64,000 nucleotides of DNA from Nemertoderma westbladi (GCA_032718475.1 JAUCBJ010007053.1:62001-126000); one strand, 5' to 3'; shown: positions 23,171 to 35,904, counted from the first letter of the stretch. Translations and numbers: made by a program. The notes: generated from the letters alone by a model not told the origin.

Positions 23171-25340
23171 AGGCTAACCTAAAACCAATATAAAACGTAA
23201 TTACACTATGTACATGTACAACTTTACCGAGAGTGTGACAATGTCCGACTCAACGATAAAGATATAATGTACAGAACAATTTAATATAAAACGTAATTAC
23301 AGTATAAATAGTAAATAATTAATAAACTAATAACTTACTGTAGGACTATTGTACCTATTTTTACATTGCACACGGAGGTGAGATTTAACTGCAGATTTAA
23401 AAGAATGTTGATTATCTAGGTTTTTAATTTCATTAGGCAGAGCGTTCCAATTTTTAATACCGTTAAAAAAGATAGTATCAGATTCAAAGGATTTACAATT
23501 CGGGAGGTAGAAGTTTGAAGCACTAGCTCTGGTACTGTAAGAGTGTGTATCGCGTACTCTGTTGAATTTTTGTTTTAGGTAATTGGGACATTTACCATTA
23601 TACACTTTATGCACGTGGTTAAGGCGTAGCTGCTTAACTCTACTATCTAAGTTAAGTAGTCCAGATTCAGCTGGAGTTAGGTGGAGCCTTTAATAAATCG
23701 TACTACTTTATTCTGAGCTACTTGTAATTTACATTTAAGCTGTTTGGTTAAGTTAAGTAACTTGCGGGAGTCGGTGTTTAAAATATTTTTATTTCTGTAT
23801 AGAAACCTAAGCCTACTGTTAACATTCGAGAAATATATTTTTCACTTTACTTTCTCCTGATAAGCAGTTATCCAATGTGGCGCCTCAATATTTAACTTCC
23901 TTTTTATTTTAAATCTTATGTCCATTACTAGTGACTTCAAACTTAGTTACCTTCTTTAACTTTCTTTTGGAACCAAACAAAATACTTTCAGTCTTACCGT
24001 AGTGAATGGATAGCTTATTATCAACCAACCACTCATTACAGGATTCTAGAACTGCACTTAACTTTTGGGAAATATGGATAGGATCTTTATGAGAGAAAAT
24101 AAGAGCACTGTCATCGGGATCTATACTACTTATCATATCATTTACATACAGTAGCATACAAAAAGCAGAGGACCTAATATACTACCTTGCGGTACACCAC
24201 AGGTAATCTCTTCTACAGTAGACTGCGATTTGCTAATGACTACAGTTTGACCTCTGTCTGACAGGTAGGACTTGAACCAGTCTATAGAACCTACACCCAT
24301 CAGGCCTAACTTACCAAGCAGAATTTCGTGATCTACAGTATCGAAAGCCTTTTGTAGGTCCAACATTACCATACCAGTATATAAACCCTTTGTGTTATTA
24401 CATCTAATTGTATCAGTTAAGTTAATAAGGCAGGTGTCTGTAGAATATGATTTACGAAAGCCGGACTGAAGTTCATAGATCAGATTTAGCCTACTAAGAA
24501 GTGCTTCCAGCTGTAGAAAAACAGAACGTTCTAGAATTTTAGATAGGTCTAGACCGGACTTTTTGAGGCTGATAGGCTAAGTAGATTTTGTAAAACGAAA
24601 TCCTCAGAAACGGGTTTTAAAAATAACTTTTCTGAATTTTGTAACTTTTCTAAATAAAAATTATTTAGAGTTTCGGACCCTATACTATATTTATTACTTG
24701 ATAACGGTAACTTCTTAACTAAATTAGAGGCAACGTTAGTAAAATAATTATTAACTAAATTACTAACTAGAGTATGATCATGAATCAGCTCACCGTTATC
24801 TTGCAGAACAATATTCGATTTAGATTTAAGGTTTTTATTACCGAAAGATTTTAGGGTAGACCATAGACTTTTAGGATTATCTTTATTCTCACTTATTTTG
24901 TTGTACAAATATTCTGATTTAGCTTTTTTTATTTCCCGTTGGACAAGGTTTCTATATTTGCAGTAATTATTATAATCAGCTGAAACACGGTATTTCCTAA
25001 ATTTATATAAATAGTTATCTCTTTCTCTGATATTACTAAGAATACCCGAAGTCATCCAGGGCTCAGTGCGTTGTTTAAGACTAATTTCTTTAATTGGTGC
25101 TACAGTATTAAGTGCCTTTAGAAATATATCTTTAAAAACAGTGTACGCAAGGTTAATGTCAGTGGTCTTAAAACAGGGTTCCCAGTCAGAATTAACTAAC
25201 AAACTTAAAAAGCGTTCCTTGCTGTAATATTTCATAGACCTAACTGTTACTGTTTTATGATCACCGAAAAAAGATTTTTGTGTCTTTCTTGTGCAAAAAA
25301 CTATAAAATGATCGCTTAGACCTATAGGTAAAACCCAGAT
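23171..25340 (-). mobile_element. CR1/L2(Crack)-like LINE, decayed, with part of its 3' UTR
   Basis: [39 protein letters not shown] fragments; 3' UTR at 23171-23310 matches 31343-31482 in inverted orientation. Confidence 0.9.
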
Positions 25341-26153
25341 TGAGAAATAATATCGGTAAATAGATATGGTTTTGGGATTTACTATTATAGAAAGAAGTTG
25401 AGATAGACGGTTTTTGGCAAAAATATAACTTGGTTTATTTTACTTGGTTAATTTGGTATAATTTCATCAAGGAATGACCGAGTTATTTGCGATCAAAAAT
25501 TAGAAGTCGACAGACAACTCCTTAATGGCACCCCTATGCTAAGGCTTCGCTCACTTCGTGGCTCGCGCCATAAACAATGAAAACCACGTTCATTCCTGCA
25601 TGCCGTATACTCATGTACACTGTCTGACTGTGGCTGTTGTACCTACTGTAACTGTACACTGCCATTTTTTTTTATTGATAGGCCAGTACAGCAGTAGGCA
25701 GATAGGCCTAACATGCCTAACTAATAAATAAATTCAATGGGCTGTGGCGTCTGGACGTGTGGGGTGGGTGCTTTTTGCTGTTGTGTCAGGGCATGTAGGC
25801 TATGATGTAAGTGCTATAGCGTTACTGCGTTATACTGTTATAGGCAGAGCGCAGAGGCAGATAAGATAGGTAGGCCTACTTTAGGTCTAGCAGTTTACAG
25901 GTTTACAGTGGTTTAGCGTCTAGCATCTAGTCTAGCAGTCTAGGCTAGGTCTGTACAAAGGCTGGGGATCGGGCTATATTAAGTTAGGCTATAATATAAC
26001 CATACCATACGGCAGCACGGTAGGCAGTAACCAGTAGGTCTATCTCAGTATCTGCCTATTGCTTAACCTGTTAACCATCAGACCATAGCTACCGCTACCG
26101 GTAGGCCAGGCAGCCAGGTAGGCATATCTGCGTATCCAGTATCACTGTATCAG

Positions 26154-26717
26154 CCAGGCTGCAAACCACCACTGCTGCACTGAACCCCGCACAACTGCAC
26201 AACGCCTGCGCACAATTTTTCAGCCGCGCAATATTGGACAATATATACCGCGCATACACAGAAAAAAACGCGCACACCTCATATTTTAACAAAAAAAAAC
26301 GAAAAACATAGGCCTAGGCCTATAGCCTACGCGAGCAAAATTTTTTCATTAACAATGCAAAATGAAAAAGAAACGCGAGCAAAACTCAAAGTGAGCGAAA
26401 TTTTGACATTTGAGCAATCTGACAATGCAAAATGCAAAGAAACGCGAGCGAAGCGAGCGAAATTTTTAGTGGCAAATAATTTTTCTCACTTTGCATGCAT
26501 GTAAACTTTTTTACACCTCATTCACCTGCAGACCTGTCCGCGCACTTTATGAGTTTTGATATTTTGCACAGATTACTGCGCACTTTTGTTGTCTTTCACA
26601 TAATTTCGCGCACTTTTATTTCAATTCCGCGCGGTTTTACAGTTTTACCGCGCACTATTTCAAATACGCGCACAACGCGTTACGATTTCAGATTTTTGCA
26701 CTTCATTTGCAGCCTGG
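26154..26717. mobile_element. hAT-like MITE
   Basis: TIR ccaggctgcaaa...tttgcagcctgg; 8-bp flanks tgtatcag / cgtatcag (7/8 match); internal gcgagcgaagcgagcgaaatttt motif also seen near 3615 and, inverted, near 29030. Confidence 0.7.
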
Positions 26718-27350
26718 CGTATCAGTACCGTTATTTACTTTTGTCTTTGCATTCCAGCATTCATATTTTACAAAGCAGCAAAGAGGGTCTCCATAACAGC
26801 ATAAGGACTGTACGTAAGTTGTCATTATATTTCACTGCACCCGCCTCAGCGCATGGCCATGCTGCCATGTCATCCCACAACCTAATTCTGTAATTATATT
26901 TGCTTTGTACCGTCTCTGTATATATCAACTCATTCCTCATCATTCTTCCTCATCAGGGTGGCCCAGGCCCAGGACCCACCGGTAACGCGTATTTCTGTAT
27001 TTAGCATAGATTTCCATCCAGCATACCAACCAATAAAAGCGCTTCTACTTTACCAGTTTACTATATAGGTAGGTAATTATATAAAAAAATATATTAAATT
27101 CAGAAATTGCATTTCATGCAGAATATAACAGTTGAATATTTATTACCGCCGGTGAGAATACCTACGGCAGTAAAGTAAAAAAAAAAAAGTTTAAGGCAGT
27201 TCCAAACAAAATCCGAAATATTCCTACTCTCTGCACCCTGCTTCATCTAAAAACGTATTTAATTTCTTTAAAATCTCTGTTAAGAAGACCATTCTTTTCT
27301 TTTTAATTTTGTTTCAATTTTCATATTTTTAGAATTAGAAAGAATATAAA

Positions 27351-27446
27351 ATGTTTGGCGACGATAATAACGATAACTCTCCAACTAATTGTGTCTCTAA
27401 TTGTTCGCAACATGGAATCTGCTACGAAAATGCTTGTTGGTGTGAG
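27351..27446 (+). CDS. Exon 1 (coding) of EGF-like + multi-pass membrane protein
   Basis: ATG..CVSNCSQHGICYENACWCE followed by donor GTGAGT; the EGF motif is completed by exon 2 (VKYTGFSC). Confidence 0.8.
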
Positions 27447-27742
27447 GTGAGTGAGAACTTATTTTTTGGATTATTTCACTGCAAAAATTGGCAACCAAAA
27501 CTGCTAAAACGGAACTTCATTGTGGTCCTTATTTAGTATTTTCAGTGTCTACAATGTTTCACATTCACTCTAGTACGGTATGAGAGCCTAATCCCAAATT
27601 TGGTACACAAATAATAAACTGAAACACCAGAGATACAGCACTAATGAGATATAGGCGATATTAACCTAACCGACTACCCGTTAGTCCTGTATGTATAATT
27701 TGTGTCTGTATGTATGTGTCTGTATGTAAAAATTAATTAGAG

Positions 27743-27862
27743 GGAAGCAGGACAATTCGGTCCCGGACAATTCGGTCCCGGACAATTCGGTCCCGGACAA
27801 TTCGGTCCCATTAATTTTGTGTTTTGGGACCGAATTGTCCGGGACAGAATTGTCCTACATCC
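27743..27862. mobile_element. Small MITE with 15-bp subterminal repeats
   Basis: (ggacaattcggtccc)x4 followed by inverted gggaccgaattgtcc copies. Confidence 0.7.
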
Positions 27863-28234
27863 TAAAAAAGAGAGTTTAAAAGGTCGGACACGGACACGAT
27901 GAAATAAATGGCAGTGAAATGAAATAAAAAGACGATAAAAACACTTGAGATCGGGGAAGGTCTAAAAAGTAAATAGAATAACTAAGAATAATATAAAATA
28001 AAATAAAAAGGCTCCATCGATCTGTTGAGGGAGTCTGAGAGAGAACCTCGTAGAGACCTTCAGAAAGGGCAGGGTCCATGGTCCCAAGGATGGAGGCCAT
28101 GTTGCCGATGAGAATGGCCATTAGGAGGCGTTGTAGGAGGAACTGATGCATTAGGGCAACGATTTTGAACATTTCTTCGGTGAAGATCGCGAAATTTCGC
28201 AAACGTCGCGTTTTTTTTGTTTTTTTTTGGCGTT

Positions 28235-28450
28235 TTTCGTGGTCAATGGCCTGCATCCAAATCTTAAGTTTTGTCTTGAGATGAAGGAACAGGGCCGCTT
28301 GCCCTTTCTTGAATTGGTTGTGACATGTGGGAGCCACGCACTTTCGGCTGCGTGGTACCGCAAGCCTACAGATACTGGGCTCGTTCTCAATGTCACTGCG
28401 TGCGCCCCTTAGTCTTACAAACGCGGTGTAGTTTGTGTTATGTTCCATCG
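28235..28450 (+). mobile_element. Penelope-like element RT fragment
   Basis: NGLHPNLKF..E...LPFL.....WYRKPTDTG.....P*SYKRGVV is the typical Penelope RT C-terminal motif series. Confidence 0.75.
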
Positions 28451-28454
28451 TATT

Positions 28455-28935
28455 TTTAACGTCAGTAAGGGTGGGGACGGTTCCCAACTCCACACCGCTA
28501 TTGGGGAAGCTAAATACAACCACTGCTGTTCAAGCCGCTAGGGGGCGTGCGAGCAGTAGTCTTGGCGACGGGGTACCAGCGGTTGTTCCCCCAGAGGTCA
28601 CTGACTCGGTGGATCCTGCACCATCGCTGCCCTCTCTGAAACACCTTGTCCCAGATATTATGGCTTCTAACTGAGAATGAAATATGTATTCATTCAGAAC
28701 ATGAGAAGTGGCAACGGATGATGCGGTTAGAGATTTGGTCTATTTTGTCTAATGCTGCATGTGCAGTTGGATTCATCAATAGACCAATTCCACCATTGCC
28801 ATTATCATCTGCTGAATCGAGGGCGAGTCGCCAACCGCCCCCCATGTCCTTAATCAGAACCTCATCAGTCTGTCCAGTCTGCATTCGGTGCTCTTGAACA
28901 CCCACTGCGCTAAGAGAAAGTTCATCTGCCGTATG
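28455..28935 (-). mobile_element. RTE-like LINE fragment (APE N-terminus, internally deleted)
   Basis: VGVQEHR...GNGGIGLLM...ISNRIIRCHF. Confidence 0.7.
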
Positions 28936-29584
28936 TTTAACCTATGCTATATTTTGCTTATGGTAATTACTAATTACTGTTTAAAAGAACAATAAAAGGA
29001 ATTCAAATTTGACAAAATTTCACTGAAAAATTTCGCTCGCTTTGCTCGCGTTTTTTTTACTTTTACATATTGTCAATTAAAATGCTTTTTAACGTAGCTG
29101 CATAGAGCAGTCGGGTCTATTGCAATATTAATTTGGGCAGCAGATTTTCACTGACGCACCCCAAACCTAAGTTTATAGAGTTTATAGTGTTGGTGCGGCG
29201 CTCTTTCAAATATTACCCGGCGCGGCGCAATTTTTATAAACTATCCTGCTATCCAGCGCACTTTTAGTAAGGATTCTGAGTCCACTAGGGCGCCAGGTAT
29301 TCCACTGCCTGACGTTCTTCCTCGCTAACCTCAAAGTCGACGAGGTTATCGATAGCTGCGAGACATTCAGAGAGTGGCTCCAGTACAAGAGTCCTTTGGA
29401 TGTTGCTGCGGCACTGTGTGGACAGTTGGTAGCTCATCCATCTTGCAGAATGCCATAAGCCCCCAAGATCGGAAAGCACTATCGGTTTCTTTCACACCAA
29501 TTGTCATATTTGTGCCACTCAATGCACGAAAACATGGCTCAGTTAGTAAATATGTACTGAAATAAAAATAAGTCTGTAGGATAG

Positions 29585-30100
29585 AGGTACCACATCGGAC
29601 CAAATCGGTACCACATCGGATCAAATCGGGATCAACTCGGACCTAATCACTACCACATCAGACCCAATCGGTACCACATGGTCCAGCGTCCAGGGATCCC
29701 AGACGACTCCACAGTCCATTCAGATTGGTGGAAGAATATGTTGCATGAATCCTCGGATCGCATATCGTGTTACTACAATGTCTCTTTCGATTGACAGTTA
29801 GATGTTCGGTGATAAAACGCCATGGAATTCTTAAACCGTACCACATCAGACCAAATCGGTACCACATCGGACCCAATCGGTACCACATCAGGCCCAAAAG
29901 GTATCACACCAGACTCAATTGGTACGACATCGGACCCCATGGGGACCACACCGGTCTCAACAAGGTTCCAAGCCAGACTCAAAGGGTAGTATCATGGGCC
30001 CAAAAGGTACCACCCTGGACTCAATTGGTACCACACACTGGTCTCCATAGGTTTCACACTAGACACAAAAGGAACCAGTCTGGACCAAAGGTACTGGTCG
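29585..30100. repeat. Degenerate ~21-bp repeat ggtaccacatcggacccaatc
   Basis: Two decaying clusters (29585-29680, 29835-30100). Confidence 0.7.
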
Positions 30101-30291
30101 CAATCAGCACTACACTGCCACACAATAAATAAATAAATTTGAGAGATGTTTCACTTTGAGATTGCTACTGTATATTGGCATACATAGGAGAACTGCAGAA
30201 GCATCAAAGGCTTCACTAACTCTCAGCCAAAGGTGTGGTACTACATATACATACATGTACATACATTGTTCAGCTCAAAATGATTCAGATA

Positions 30292-30545
30292 GGGGGGGGG
30301 GGGGGGGGGGGGGGACTGGACGCAATACAAATTAATCTCTCTCCAGGGGAAATTCGACGCAAATAACAGCTGATTACTCTCAAAAATAAAACTGTAACCT
30401 GTTCTATTGTGTTTAGTTTATTGTTTTGGTTAAAATATCGTTCCACTGCAACCTGCTCCTTTCCCTAAATTGATCATTTAACATTGAGGCGGGATATTAA
30501 TTCGCCAAGGCGGGTTGTGCGTCCAGTCCCCCCCCCCCCCCCCCC
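30292..30545. mobile_element. MITE with polyG/polyC ends
   Basis: (g)n-actggacgca ... tgcgtccagt-(c)n inverted termini. Confidence 0.65.
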
Positions 30546-30556
30546 GTCTCGATTTG

Positions 30557-31230
30557 TTGGTACCAATAGAAAGCTGCCATATAAGGATTCCAAATATGTA
30601 AAAACATTTGAATTTGGTTGGGAAACACCTGAGATATGGACATTCGAATTTTGCATGTATTTACTTCCCCTGCAGGCCATTTATTCTATTTAATAAATAA
30701 ACAATGTTCTAGAACATTTTGTTTATCCCATACGTAGCTGGGCAACAATGCAATACCTCTTTAATTATACTGTTACGTAGCTATCACCGCGAGGAACCAG
30801 AATGCATTTATAGACTATGTGGCGGGTCGGTAACCCCATACCACCTACTACACTGCCAGGAAAACATAAACTCTTTGACTCAATGGGCCACCGAAACCGG
30901 TTAACTACCCGGAGTTTCCCCTTTTTTACTTAAACATTTTAATTTATCATTTTATTTCATTATTGTGTAATTTTGTATATAGATTACTCCTATATATTGG
31001 ATTTTAATTGCCATAGCGTAATAATAAATAAAAATTACGTAGCTATTCATACATAAATAAGATGTTCTAGAATAAGGTATTTTTATTTAATAGAATGATA
31101 TATCCTCGCGCAGATGCAAAACCAAGCAACTTTTGAACGCTTATATCTCAGCTAATTCCCCCCAACCAAATTCAAATGTTTTTACATATTTGGAATCCTT
31201 GCGTGGGCGGGCAGCTTTCTATTGGTACCA
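30557..31230. mobile_element. Foldback-type DNA element with long inverted arms, interrupted by a LINE tail
   Basis: ttggtaccaatagaaagctgcc..ggattccaaatatgtaaaaacatttgaatttggttggg is the reverse complement of 31160-31230. Confidence 0.75.
30785..31034 (+). mobile_element. 5'-truncated LINE tail related to the 40202-43291 element
   Basis: Encodes CIYRLCGGSVTPYHLLHCQEN..LTQWA*, similar to CVCLLCGDPAPLYHLLTCKEN..LTSWA*; 12-bp TSD ttacgtagctat at 30773-30784 and 31035-31046. Confidence 0.85.
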
Positions 31231-31342
31231 AAAAAATCACTATAAGGTTGAGGAATGACTGTGCGGTAACTGGTGCTATAACGCCGGAGACACATTTTTA
31301 AACACTTGTAGCTAAAGATTGAAAGCAAAAATAAAAATTCTG

Positions 31343-31645
31343 GCTATTTATACTGTAATTACGTTTTATAATAAATAATTCTGTACATTACATCTTTATC
31401 GTTGAGTCGGGCATTGTCACGCTCTCGGTAAAGTTGTACATGTACATAGTGTAATTACGTTTTATATTGGTTTTAGGTTAGCGTATTGTAATATTGTATT
31501 TGTAACCAAGTAACATAAAGGACCCCCTTGGAAATAAGCTGCAAAGCTTTAGGGGTAATCCTATATGTTATGTTGGACAATACCTTTATACCGGTACATT
31601 GTTTGGTGTATTTGTTATTGTTTTTACATAATGTATAAATAAATC
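31343..31645 (+). mobile_element. 3' UTR/tail of the CR1/L2(Crack)-like LINE family
   Basis: Matches 23171-23310 inverted, then continues into gacccccttggaaataagctgc...aataaa. Confidence 0.7.
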
Positions 31646-31953
31646 GATCTATCTACACCGGGATACGAGTTTTCTGTATTCCATAATGTACATTGTGTGA
31701 CGTAAGTAATGATTTCTACTAAATAAATTAAAATATTGCATCCTAAGTTTAAAACCCATAACCAAATATACCTGTAATGGAAATCAATTATGATATTAAA
31801 ACCAAATAGGGTAATGTGACACCTGTTGGGTTTCAATGAAAGTTTAAGGTTGGGGGGTTGAGGATCAAAATAAATAACATGTTTCTACTTCCCTGCATCA
31901 CTCTGCAAACTAATAAGCAATTAATTAATTTAATATAATTATCTAACTACTAT

Positions 31954-32952
31954 TTACTCTGGGATTGCATTCTCTAGTTTCTGTCTGTAAACTTCGTGGT
32001 CATATAAAGTAGCTAGAAGTCCACCTTCGTTCTTTACATCCGTGTTAGAATCGTAAGTAATATAACCTCCCTTCAACGTTGTCATTTTACCACCCAACGC
32101 GTTTAGAATCGCGTTTCCCGAACAAATATCCCACTTCTTTATTAGAGTTACGTGTACGTAAGCGTCGGATGTTCCATCGAATAACGACAGAGTTTTATAT
32201 CCAGCTCCACCGGCCGGTATCACGGTAACAGAATCTCCGAACGATTTGGTCGCAACCTCCCGAACGGCCCCGGAGTGCGACCGAGACACTATAATCCTGG
32301 GAGGGGTGGATCCGTCTGGTTGCTCCGGGAGGTGCAGGTTGTTACTGTAACCCTGGTCGACCCAGGCCCAGTAGGTCTGCTCCGTAAACGGTTTGTAAAT
32401 GACCCCGGCTATAGGGGCCCCGTCCACCACTATGCACACCATCACCGTCACGTATTGCACCAGATTCTCTGTGTACTCCTGAGTAGCATCGAGGGGGTCT
32501 ATCCATAACGTTACCCTGGAGACATCCACGGGAGCCGCCGGAAAGTTCTGGAATTCCGGGAGAAATAAATTCGGCGCGCTCCTAGAAGATTTATCCTCGT
32601 CTTCCGAATGTTCCTCTGATATAAGTTTTACAGAAGGGAAGGATGTCTCGAACCCTTTAGTTATTATTTTGTGAGACTCTAGGTCCCCTCCAGTTAGAGG
32701 GTCGTTAGCCCCCTCTCTAGTCTTCCCTTTGCTCTGTTGCTGTAAATCATCTCCAACTCGAATCTCTCGAACTCTTTTTCCCGCTTGTTGCGCTAAATCA
32801 ACGCTCGCTGATAATAGTTCCCTAATGCTCACTGATGTTTCTGTGCTGATGGCAGACTTTCTCCCTTTTAGTAGGTATATGATCCCGAAACCCAGACATA
32901 TAACGATAATAAATACCCCCAATGGAGACGGCCGAACACTGTATGTGGCCAT
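31954..32952 (-). CDS. IMPAD1: Golgi-resident PAP phosphatase (inositol monophosphatase family, IMPAD1/BPNT2/gPAPP), intronless
   Basis: N-terminal signal-anchor TM; SKGKTREGANDPLT.GD..SH, SEE, WIDPLDATQEY, IVSRSH, AGGAGYK, IKKWDIC motifs; complete 332-aa ORF. Confidence 0.93.
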   Translation of the reverse strand: MATYSVRPSPLGVFIIVICLGFGIIYLLKGRKSAISTETSVSIRELLSASVDLAQQAGKRVREIRVGDDLQQQSKGKTREGANDPLTGGDLESHKIITKGFETSFPSVKLISEEHSEDEDKSSRSAPNLFLPEFQNFPAAPVDVSRVTLWIDPLDATQEYTENLVQYVTVMVCIVVDGAPIAGVIYKPFTEQTYWAWVDQGYSNNLHLPEQPDGSTPPRIIVSRSHSGAVREVATKSFGDSVTVIPAGGAGYKTLSLFDGTSDAYVHVTLIKKWDICSGNAILNALGGKMTTLKGGYITYDSNTDVKNEGGLLATLYDHEVYRQKLENAIPE

Positions 32953-33122
32953 CGTGGTCGATGAATGAAGGCTATTTGAATGCTATTTCGTAAACATAGT
33001 TTATTTTTCAGTTGAGTTTACGTACAAAGTTTACAAAACGAAGTTGGAAAGTGTTCAGACTACTTCATACTACAGTCTGACAGTATACATACAGTAGGGT
33101 AGGCCTAATCTGCTAATGGGTA

Positions 33123-34046
33123 CCGGTGTAACAGGAAAATATGCCCCCCCGGGAAATGTGCCCGGGGGGGGCATATTTTCCTAGGAAAAAATGCCCCCCG
33201 GGCAAATTTCCCTAGGAAAAAATGCCCCCCCCCCCTTAGGAAATTATGCCCCCCCCTGAATTATACAATAAACAAAACTTATTACTACTAAAACTTACAA
33301 AAATTATACAAAACAATAAACAGTCACTTTACCAAATGAAGGAAAGGAGCAGGTTACAGAGGCAGGCCTTTCTAACCAAAACAATAAACGATCATTTAAC
33401 TAATTGAGGGAAAGGAGCAGGTTACAGAGGCGGGATTTTCTAACCAAAACAATAAACAGTCACTTTAGCAAATCAGGGAAAGGAGCAGGTTACAGAGACG
33501 GGATTTTCTAACCAAAACAATAAACGATAACATTACCAATTGAGAGAAAGGAGCAGGTTACAGAGGCGGGATTTTCTAACCAAAACAATAAACAATCACT
33601 TTACCAAATCAGGGAAAGGAGCAGGTTACAGACTTAAAAAAGCTTGGAGCTGCTCGGCGCCCACACAACACCACACACTCGCACTGCTGTTATACCAGTA
33701 CTTACTACAGTAGCCTATACTGACTTAGATACTTCAGTATGCTGTTCTACATCCCTTACTGCCTTACCTGCTTACCTACCGGCAGACCGGTACCGTACTA
33801 TTCTTCCAACTATTACAAGTTCTGCAGTTGGTAGATTAAAAGTGGCTACCAGCAGACCGGTATCGTACCAGTTTTCAGACTTTTGAGGGGGGCTAATTTT
33901 CCTGAGGGGAGGCATTATTTCCTAAGGAGAAAATGCCCCCCCGGGCTAAATTTCCTAGGAAAAATTGCCCGGGGGGACATAATATCCTAGGAAATAATGC
34001 CCCGGGGGGCATATTCTAGGGGGGGCTGATTTCCTTGTGACACCGG
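33123..34046. mobile_element. MITE with structured subterminal repeats and an internal ~68-bp tandem repeat
   Basis: ta|ccggtgtaacaggaaaat ... atttccttgtgacaccgg|ta; ctaggaaa/gccccc sub-repeats; ~5 copies of aaacaataaac..gaaaggagcaggttacagag at 33310-33632. Confidence 0.8.
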
Positions 34047-34865
34047 TACTGTTTGCTGTAATAATATTTGTGTTATGAAGCTATTGTGCGGGTATATTAT
34101 TTATTATTTTTAAATCAATATTTTTATATAAAATATACCGCCTCCGTTTCTGTAGGCCTACAAAACAGTTATCAAACCAATAACTAGGGTGTAGTTATTA
34201 CTACAGTACATTACATACCGCACCAGCAATGTTATCCCGTAGCCGTATCCTATGCCCTATGGCTGTATAGTTAAATCTTGTGTGATTGCAGTGTCGGCAG
34301 GATGCCTAGATTTCCCACTGATCGCGATGGCAAGACAATTATGATTTGCCTAAGCCTAAAGACTGGCGTTATTATGGTTAATTACCCATCGACATGTAAC
34401 AAGGGAAATAAAGCTATTTTATTTCACGTGATGCGTAATATTATTCTTAAAATTGCCATTCCTCATTGCATCTCCTTTGAAGCGGCCGTGTGGTCGCCAG
34501 CGTGTTAAAACTGTAGCATTTCTATCGGCTGGGGTTACCTGCAATATGTATGTGCATGCGGTGCTGTCCGCTGACTACTGTAAGTACATCAAAAGCTACA
34601 TCAACGACAATATTGTTTCAGTTTTCATTACCTGCTATACATGTTGTAGTTAAGTACTTCATTTTACGATTCGTGTAAGAAAATTTATCAGAAGCATAAT
34701 ATGTAGAGTAGGTCTACGCTGATTCTTTTTGTAAGTGATTTGTTGTAGAATCAGATTTATGTATGCGCTGCATAAGTGAACACATATTGTAATGATAGTA
34801 CATATTATGTACAGTGGTTTACTGAAATTTTGTGAATACGGTTATTTATTAACTAAATGATATTG

Positions 34866-35243
34866 GGGGCCGTCCAAGTATGACGTCTGCACTTTTCTCC
34901 AAAATGTTGACCCCCTCCCTCCCCTAAATCAGATGTCATCAGATAGGCGTTGACCCACCCCCCTCCCCTAAATCAGATTTAAAAAAAATGTTCGCGTGCT
35001 AATCACTGAAACATGGTGACTGGTAACTGAAACAGAAGGTTGTGCTACGGGCCTTCTGGGGCTTCGAACAATTAAAATAGGCAAGCTAATTACTCTTCTG
35101 CTATATCTCTTCTAGCACCTATAAATGAACATGCTGACGTCAGATTTTGGCTGACCCCCTCCCCTCCCCTCATCAGCACGTCATCAGATTTTCCCAACCC
35201 CCCTCCCCACCCGAAAGTGCTGACGTCATACTTGGATGGCCCC
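34866..35243. mobile_element. PIF/Harbinger-like MITE
   Basis: TIR ggggccgtccaagtatgacgtc...gacgtcatacttggatggcccc; 3-bp TSD ttg. Confidence 0.8.
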
Positions 35244-35711
35244 TTGGCAATAACTATTGAAGATTCCAATAATCTAACCCCAATGTTGTAATACGTTTTA
35301 CTCTGACTCACCAGTACTCAATCGGACCAGCTGTCGTCACTGTTACTTAATATGCATTACAGGCAGTGTTACTAACCATATCCGTCGCACCAACGTTGTG
35401 AACCATCCGCCCACTTTATAATATTATCCAGCATTGTGGGGCGGGTCAGAACTGCGATCCATCAACGATAACTGTTATAATTATACTACATGTACTACAC
35501 TACTATATGGCTGTTTTACAAAAGTATGTCGGTTTGTGTGTCGGAAGCCAATATCAGAATATTAGAATATATAACTAGCCATAATATAATTGTAGTTTTT
35601 CGCTAAGATGGCTTCCAGATTCTGCTGCACGAAGTCCCCACTTCGTTTTTATTACACATAGACTAATATTTAAATTAACTTATCTTAGCAATCATCTATT
35701 AAACAGAGGTT

Positions 35712-35795
35712 GGTCGGTCGGTCGCTCGGTCGGTCGGCGGTCGGTCGGTCGGTCGGTCGGTCGGTCGGTCGGTCGGTCGGTCGGTCGGACGGTCG
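35712..35795. repeat. (GGTC)n microsatellite
   Basis: Direct reading. Confidence 0.95.
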
Positions 35796-35904
35796 TATTG
35801 TAATCCTACTTTTTTTTTACAAATGTGGTCTCATTGATTAACCAAAAAAATCAATTAAAACTTTCAATATACATGATGCTATCACCAGCTAATATTACCA
35901 AGGC

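Noticed and set aside
25737-25812. Possible upstream signal-peptide exon for the EGF-TM gene (ATG..gtaagt)
   Set aside because: The ATG frame hits TGA before the donor and the other frames lack a start; at most a 5' UTR exon.
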